NCBI RefSeq assembly: GCF_006345805.1
Contig: NW_021834475.1
Coordinates: 1-64,000, forward strand
Direction of reading: 5' to 3'
Origin: Octopus sinensis
Taxonomy: Eukaryota
DNA length: 64,000 nucleotides
Of this stretch, positions 58,032 through 64,000 are shown piece by piece. Every line of letters starts with the position of its first letter. Positions within the stretch are counted from its first letter, which is position 1. The notes under the pieces were generated by a model. The model was not told the DNA's origin. It saw only the letters and a list, made by a program, of their open reading frames with translations, and did no database searches. The translations under genes were made by a program, and so were the position numbers.

Positions 58032-61000
58032 CATATGTTATCTTTGCTGATTTCCATATTAGAGCAATGATTCTGAATTCACTCATAATGACTAAGGAAG
58101 CTAAATCAGTCCAAAACACCGGTGTCTTATAATTCCGTTTTGTCATTTGCTTTGAACACACTCAATCTCTTAGCAGAAGTTTCTCCGAGGCCAAATTCAA
58201 AACGTCAGCTGTTCTGCGTTTGTATATGTATCCTAAATGATATACGCATACGCATATATTTACATGTGTACATATGTATGTATACATAGCCATTTGTAGA
58301 TGTGGTTTATTAGTATTGTTATCAAGGAGAAAGACAGATTTCCGTTTTGGTTCCATACCCTATATAGCTTATCATCCTTCAGGGAGAAAAATGCGATCCT
58401 AGAAATTTTTGATCGTTCTTCTTCTTTCAGCTGTTTAAATAAACTCTTTTGTAATGAAATGAAGTTGCCTGTATCTTCTACTTGTGGGTCTGGATTTGAG
58501 TAATTATGGATCTGATGGAAGAAAATGAAAGGAAAAGAAATGAAATTGATAAATAATAAATTACTACCACAACTGGATGTTGTCATCATAAGAATTTATA
58601 AACTTTTGAGAGAATGCTAAATGATTCTGTTTTGGAATAATGTATTTCGAAATACAAAAATAGTGGATTGATTATACTCTGTTAGCTAGAAAACAGTTCC
58701 CTAGTCTGCCTTCTAATTTCCTTCCCGAAAGGAGTTTTCAATCTAATATTTCGATATGATTATCTATAACAACAACAAAAAACGGAATTATTACTAATAT
58801 TCTTACTATTGTTGTTGTTGTAACTTCTACTTCTTCCCCAATTACTACATTGTTATACCATTACAATTAACAGAAATACTAAAAGTACCATTATCACCCA
58901 ATGCCTATTTGTTTACTACCCACAAGGGGCTAAACACAGAGAGGAGAAGCAAGGACAGACAAACGGATTAAATCGCATGTTTCAGGGTCTTTTCCCATCA
59001 TCGGTCTAGAGTAGCATAAGCCTGTTAGATGCAGGCCTAGCTGTTGGGGGTATTTGTCTCCCCTTCGTAAATATATAAGGACACAGTAAGTGTGTCGAAG
59101 CCGAAAGGAAGCGTCGATGTTTCCTAGGGCTAAACAGCGGTGGTGTAATCCCCTACTGTCACGTTAAGTTGATAGTATACAACCATTATATTGTCTCAAT
59201 ATAATTCTGAAATATTTTCTAGTTCTTTTCTTATCTTATTTTAACTGATTGCATCTTTCATAACGTTTAGTATACAGATATAATTTCTCCACCCTGTCAC
59301 TTCCTATCGGCTTTTAAGATTATATCTTTATATATAAAAGTGAAGTTGTGTGTGTGTCTCCTACGATTTAGATTCCTAACTACTCCCACATTTTGCGGTG
59401 CAGTTTAACCAAAACCGGGTATCTTATAGTCGTGATTCATATCGAGCCCTTCTGGGTATTAGCGCGCGTCTACGATGAGTCTACGATAAAAAAAAAATTA
59501 CCATCAATTTTTCCCATTTTTAATGCATTTTTTTCGCTATTATATAGGGAAGTAACTCTCTAAATGTCTACGATGAGTCAACGATTTTAAAAAAGTTTAC
59601 CATCATATTTTTCCATTTTTAATGCATTTTTTTGCTATTTTTTGGCTATAACTCTCTAAAAATGCTTATATAGTTATTTCCCTTACAAACCCGAGCAAAG
59701 CCGGGCGATACTGCTAGTATATATATATATTTTAATATATACTGAAATACTCTTTAAATTTTTTAATATAAAATCTTATTTATTTATTTATTTATTTATT
59801 TAAAGAACAAAAGAAATTTACGTATTATTCGTTCCTCATCTTGATGGAAGCTTCCACACCACCTGTACCCCTGTCCTCCATTCAATACATTTTCTTCTAT
59901 CTTCATCGCTACCGTCTACCACTATCATGTTCACGAATCTACCCAATCAGTCATTCTCTCTCTCTCTCTCTCTCTCTCCATCTTCTTGTAACTTGAGTAT
60001 ACTCCTGACACATCATCTTCACCATTCTTTCTCTATTTTATGCTGTTATAGCCATGTATCTCCTCTACAGCCAGACACCCGCTCCGGTGCGTCTATCATA
60101 ATTCAGCCTCTCAGCAATTGGCACAAAGACACCTCCCTCAATGCCGCAGCCCTAATATGTCAAGGGATCTTCTTTTGCGAATTATATGGTCACCTCACTA
60201 ATGCTGGTGCCAGGGAAAACACCCAGTACACTCTATAAAGTGTTCGACAGTGAGAAATGCATCTATCCACAGGACTTTACCAAAGTAAGCACTGGAGCTC
60301 AATTTAGTCTTCATGGTACTCAGATCCTGTCGAACCGTTCAACCCATGTCGATATGGAATACAGACGTTAAGTAATGATGATGATGGCGACGACCACGAC
60401 GAGGATGATAAAAATGATGATGATGATATATTCTTACGTATATCTATACACATATATTATATATAAATGTATATACATATATACAGATGAAACAACCATC
60501 AACCTACTCTTACACCAGAAAGATAGCGAAGGTAAATTGTACATATATAAGCTCCTGTTATGTTAGCTTTAAAGGCGGCGAGCTGGCAGAAAGGTTAGCG
60601 CGCCGGGCGAAATGCTTAGTGGTATTTCGTCTGCCGCTACGTTCTGAGTTCGAATTCCGCCGAGGTCGACTTTGCCTTTCATCCTTTCGGGATCGATAAA
60701 TTAAGTACCAGTTACGCACTGGGGTCGATGTAATCGACTTAATACCTATATCTGTCCTTGTTTGTCCCCTCTATGTTTAGCCCCTTGTGGGCAATAAAGA
60801 AATAAGAACAGTTAGATCGACGGACAAAATGCAGCATTTCGTCCGCCTTTACGCTCTAAGTTCAGGTTTTACTGGGAATTGGAGTTGGTGTAGTCAACTA
60901 GAAACCTTCCCCAAATCTTTGAGCTTTGTACCTAAATTACAAATGATTATTATTTTAGCTTTGTTGCTAATCTGTGCAGTATATATACTGTATTTTGTAT

Positions 61001-61547
61001 TTGGATTGATTGTAATCTGCATCAAGATTTATACCATCGCTACTTTATATGATAATAAAGATATTATATTTCACTGTAATGTATTTTATCAATTTGGGTG
61101 TTAAGAACAAACGGTTAATAAGAGAGAAATCATGAGAAAGTACTGTACCATTGTCTTTGCTTCGTTTCTTTATTTCCAAATGAATACCATAGACAGCCCC
61201 ATTGAACGTGTCCTTATCCACTTTGATAACACCAATACCATATTATGAATATAAACTGTGAGTTGCTGCTCTTCCAGTGGAATCTCTTCCGGATTGCTTC
61301 TATAATGTCCAGCATTCTGTGAGAAAACCAAGATGAAATCTCAACTAAGAGTGTGTTTCGAATACGTAATTAGATATAGGTGTAATTACACTAATTATAT
61401 TGATTAATAAATCTAATTTATGCCTTGTTGCTACTAATGCTTCAACTATTTCTTCTTCTTCTTCTTCTTCTTCTTCTTCTTCTTCTTCTTCTTCTTCTTC
61501 TTCTTCTTCTTCTTCTTCTTCTTCTTCTTCTTCTTCTGCGTCTGCTG

Positions 61548-61605
<58 letters not shown>

Positions 61606-61698
61606 CACTACCACCACCACTACTACTACTACTAACCCCCTCCACCACTACTACTACTACTACCACTACCACTACTACTACTACTACTACTACTATTG

Positions 61699-61757
<59 letters not shown>

Positions 61758-62017
61758 ACAACGAGAAATGTGATTTGAATTTTACCTTTTCCCAGTTCTC
61801 TTTGATTGTTCTGCTTCAACCAAAATCTCTTCCGGTGTGTCTATCATATCGTTGATACTAAGAAGTATGTTATTCAGTGTTATATTGGCGGACACATTCG
61901 ATATCAATGGCACCATTTTCTCTTGAATGTCTACAGCCAAGTCAATATCTTCTGCTTTGAAATACACCGATTTCTCTGAAATGATGCGGAGGGCTTTTGA
62001 AACCTCCTCAACATTTT
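38405..62017 (-). CDS. Adhesion GPCR copy B (mirror of copy A plus upstream GAIN exons); frameshifted as assembled, either pseudogene or sequencing error
   Basis: Mirror exons 56977-57104, 55280-55429, 52115-52230, 48980-49103, 46911-47055, 45868-45940, 40279-40669, 38405-38443; upstream exons 61786-62017, 61149-61316, 58359-58511. There is a 1-bp deletion in 56977-57104 and several frameshifts in 61149-61316. Confidence 0.85.
40279..40669 (-). CDS. aGPCR B exon, TM5-TM7
   Basis: 391 bp, same splice sites as copy A; 3 non-synonymous differences. Confidence 0.9.
42491..43147 (+). mobile_element. Penelope-like ORF 3' fragment (linker Zn-finger + GIY-YIG), 219 codons open
   Basis: Hand translation open from 42,491 (EILDVIELF...[16 protein letters not shown]...CTCRDKSKC...) into track ORF 42755-43147. 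The left copy has a 1-bp deletion near 15,706. The whole element spans about 41,985-45,710. Confidence 0.82.
45003..45043 (+). ncRNA. Minimal type I hammerhead ribozyme motif
   Basis: CCAC-CUGAAGA-u-UGUC(AUUA)GACA-u-GAAAC-AAUU-GUA|GUGG; helix I CCAC/GUGG and palindromic helix III ACAATTGT. Confidence 0.62.
45868..45940 (-). CDS. aGPCR B exon, TM4-ECL2
   Basis: 73 bp, identical to 12393-12465. Confidence 0.9.
46911..47055 (-). CDS. aGPCR B exon, TM3
   Basis: 145 bp, identical to 11279-11423. Confidence 0.92.
47408..47963 (+). mobile_element. (AAT)n-embedded element (mirror of 10,371-10,928)
   Basis: Reverse-complement match. Confidence 0.8.
48980..49103 (-). CDS. aGPCR B exon, TM2
   Basis: 124 bp, mirror of 9236-9359. 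Confidence 0.92.
49193..51011. mobile_element. Mirror cluster of four family-A SINEs
   Basis: Reverse complement of 7328-9147. Confidence 0.85.
52115..52230 (-). CDS. aGPCR B exon, TM1
   Basis: 116 bp; ATC (I) where copy A has GTC (V). Confidence 0.92.
53303..54666. repeat. 123/124-bp minisatellite, about 11 copies (mirror)
   Basis: Reverse complement of 3675-5038 with unit-level variants. Confidence 0.97.
55280..55429 (-). CDS. aGPCR B exon, GPS (…CNHL|TSFALLM)
   Basis: 150 bp; canonical Stachel TSFALLM. Confidence 0.95.
56977..57104 (-). CDS. aGPCR B GAIN exon carrying a 1-bp deletion
   Basis: 128 bp versus 129 bp in copy A; gcaatact instead of gcaaatact near 57,077. Confidence 0.8.
57158..57525 (+). 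mobile_element. Mariner transposon 5' remnant (mirror copy)
   Basis: Reverse complement of 810-1178. Confidence 0.75.
58359..58511 (-). CDS. aGPCR B GAIN exon ([25 protein letters not shown]...[14 protein letters not shown])
   Basis: ccatcag|ATC...AGG|gtatgg; 153 bp, phase 0/0, joins the next exon in frame; I.L..SLF...R..F...D.KL GAIN-like pattern. Confidence 0.82.
59325..59717 (+). mobile_element. Short non-autonomous Helitron (393 bp)
   Basis: A|TC...cccgagcaaagccggg...CTAG|T with no TSD; matches the 3' modules of the tandem pair. Confidence 0.82.
60574..60810 (+). mobile_element. tRNA-derived SINE family B
   Basis: ggcggcgagctggcagaaaggttagc...gagttcgaattcc...ggggtcgat. Confidence 0.78.
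61149..61316 (-). pseudogene. Frameshifted aGPCR B GAIN exon (mosaic [40 protein letters not shown])
   Basis: tctcacag|A ATG acceptor completes the AG|A codon of the previous exon; donor caatg|gtacag. No single frame is open, and protein-like segments alternate frames at short homopolymers. Confidence 0.6.
61450..61757. repeat. Compound (CTT)n-(CTA)n microsatellite filling most of an aGPCR intron
   Basis: Direct reading. Confidence 0.97.
61786..62017 (-). CDS. aGPCR B GAIN subdomain-A exon ([35 protein letters not shown]...[11 protein letters not shown])
   Basis: ccattgcag|AA...AG|gtaaaa; 232 bp, phase 1/2, open frame; D...AV...E helical GAIN-like pattern. Confidence 0.8.
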
Positions 62018-62227
62018 CTGCAATGGGAAATTTAAGACGAAATTTAGGGAAATTTTCATTCGCATTCAAGATGCAAATTAAGTCACATGACTATTAATGA
62101 ATCAATGAAAATTAATAAACAACCCCGATTTCATATAGCACAGAGATTGCTAAATGTGTTCAGGTCATCAGCTGTTTACTCATCGCTGTACATCGTTAGC
62201 ACCTCCATCTTTGTAGAATTAACAGAA

Positions 62228-62655
62228 ACAGGAGTGGCCGTGTGTTAAGTAGCTTGTTTACCAACCACATGGTTCCGGGGTCAGTCCCACTTCGAGGCAT
62301 CTTGGGCAAGTGTCTTCTGCTATAGCCCCGGGCCGACCAATGCCTTGTGAGTGGATTTGATAGACGGAAACTGAAAGAAGTCCGTCGTATATATGTATAC
62401 ATATGTGTGTGTGTGTGTGTGTGAGTGTGTCTGTATATGTTTGTGTTTCCACCCCCCCAACATCCCTTGACAACCGATGCTGGTGTGTTTATGTCCCCGT
62501 TACTTAGCGGTTCGGCAAAAGAGACCGATAGAATAATTACTGGGCTTACAAAGAATAAGTCCCTGGGTCGAGTTGCTCGACTAAAAAGGCGGTGCTCCAG
62601 CATGGCCGCAGTCAAATGACTGAAACAAGTAAAAGAGTAAAAGAGTAAAGAGTAG
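62228..62655 (+). mobile_element. Family-A SINE
   Basis: Head, body and (gagtaaa)n tail. Confidence 0.82.
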
Positions 62656-62713
62656 GTGGTGATGGGGGAATTGCGATAGAGTATGGGGTCCTTTATAGCT
62701 GAATACGACATAC

Positions 62714-62927
62714 CCTTGTTGGTGGGTGTTTGTAAATGATATTACTGACAGCCAATGGAGGTGTGATTCAACATCCATTATAATTTGTTGAGAGTGGTAA
62801 CTTGCTCGCATTCAATGAACCACAACCATATGGATTACATCACTGATAATTCCTTTTATAACCGCCAACAGTACGTGATAGAGTTGTGTACCAGTAATAT
62901 ATCTATCGTTTTATCTACTGAGCCATT
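62714..62927 (-). pseudogene. Candidate frameshifted hormone-receptor-motif (HormR)-like exon of aGPCR B
   Basis: ctgtag| acceptor and phase-1 donor G|gtatgt matching the next exon. Segments YYWYTT, CNPYG and SFTNT lie in different frames. Tentative. Confidence 0.38.
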
Positions 62928-63705
62928 CTACAGAAATGTGAGGAAAAGAGTAGTCTTAACGATATAATAATAAACTCAGATCTCTCAAGTAATAACTTCT
63001 GTCAGCACGTTTCCATAAAGGATTCAAACGATAAACCGTTGGAAGAGATTAACAAAAGGGATTATACGACTTATCATATCTTGACATAATTTTAATCATC
63101 ACTGTATATACATACAAACACATAAGTATATATTCGTACACACACACACACAAACACATATGTATTAAAAGGCAGCATAAACATCACAAAAACTGTTACT
63201 CGGAGTTTCACGTTCCCGTTTGTCGGACAGTTTTGTTTAGAATGGAGCAAGATAAACTTATATGAAGAAATACAATTTCTTTGATAGAAACACATTTGGA
63301 AATGGTTTTGTTCCGTTGGTCCTTTCAACTAACGGTCTTTACAAAAGCCGGTTGCATGAAATAGCAATTGCAGTTTCAAATCATATTATATAAATCGAAG
63401 AAAACCTTTAATCGGAAATAGCTTATGTAGGAAGAAAAAAGCCTGAGTACGAAGGGTAAATAATTAGTTGCAAAAATAATAATAAATTAAAGGATATATC
63501 CGTTTAAACAACTTTCACGCTAAAATACACACACATTTAGCAATACATACACATACGAAAAATCTATAATATACATATATACACAAAACATACAGGCGTA
63601 GGTACATGGTTACATATATATATATATAAAATTTTTTTCGGGAAAAATTTTTTTATCAATGGTCAGCATATCAAAAAATGCCTTTAAAGGTTAAATTTAT
63701 AAATA

Positions 63706-63936
63706 ATTTACAAGATAAGGGCAGAAGAAAAATTCTAATGCCAAATATGCCGAAACAAAAAATTGTCGATAACTATTATAATTTATGCGTCTGGAAACAA
63801 ACCGATAGAAATCTCTCGAATTTTATGGGATTTCTATCGGTTTGTTTCGAGACGCATAAATTATAATGGTTATCGACAATTTTTTGTTTCGGCATATTTG
63901 GCATTAGAATTTTTCTTCTGCCCCTATCTTGTAAAT
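63706..63936. repeat. 231-bp near-perfect fold-back hairpin
   Basis: Arms of about 108 bp with 3-4 mismatches around a loop of about 14 nt. Confidence 0.95.
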
Positions 63937-64000
63937 ATATATATACAGATACGATATAGTGTATATTTAAACACATAATTAATCCACTTATGGGGATTCT

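Larger units (their letters stand above)
33505..58330 (-). repeat. Right arm of giant inverted duplication, including a 2.84-kb Helitron block absent from the left arm
   Basis: Mirror of 1-22,010. Outer coordinate sums are about 58,330 and inner sums about 55,515; the offset matches the 34,292-37,135 insertion. Confidence 0.95.

Overview
AT-rich, microsatellite- and SINE-dense animal genomic DNA. The SINE families look like those of Octopus, which is an inference from recognition and not a database result. The dominant structure is a giant inverted duplication. Base 1 pairs with base 58,330, and the arms run inward to about 22,010 (left) and 33,505 (right) around a non-mirrored spacer of about 11.5 kb. 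The left arm is cut by the window edge, so the palindrome may be larger. Each arm carries the 3' half (end of GAIN, GPS, 7TM, C-tail) of a multi-exon adhesion GPCR, so two copies converge tail-to-tail. I reconstructed 8 phase-consistent GT-AG exons per copy, plus 3-4 upstream exons for the minus-strand copy. Over the 1,167 shared coding bases the copies differ by 7 substitutions and one 1-bp deletion. These include an L/R difference in the tethered-agonist (Stachel) peptide and a frameshift in the right copy. Arm identity looks very high in the middle and lower at both ends (judged by eye), suggesting arm-to-arm gene conversion. Mobile DNA includes a Penelope-like GIY-YIG element with a minimal hammerhead motif, a tandem Helitron found only in the right arm, and a Tx1-clade LINE in a (GATA)n tract with a 17-bp TSD. 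There are also R4/Dong-like ends in (AAT)n, CR1-like LINE fragments that seeded two satellites (123 bp and 16 bp), mariner and pogo remnants, and several local fold-backs. Scattered 1-bp homopolymer deletions suggest residual long-read error, so frameshifts need checking against reads. Most ORFs in the supplied track are microsatellite artefacts.
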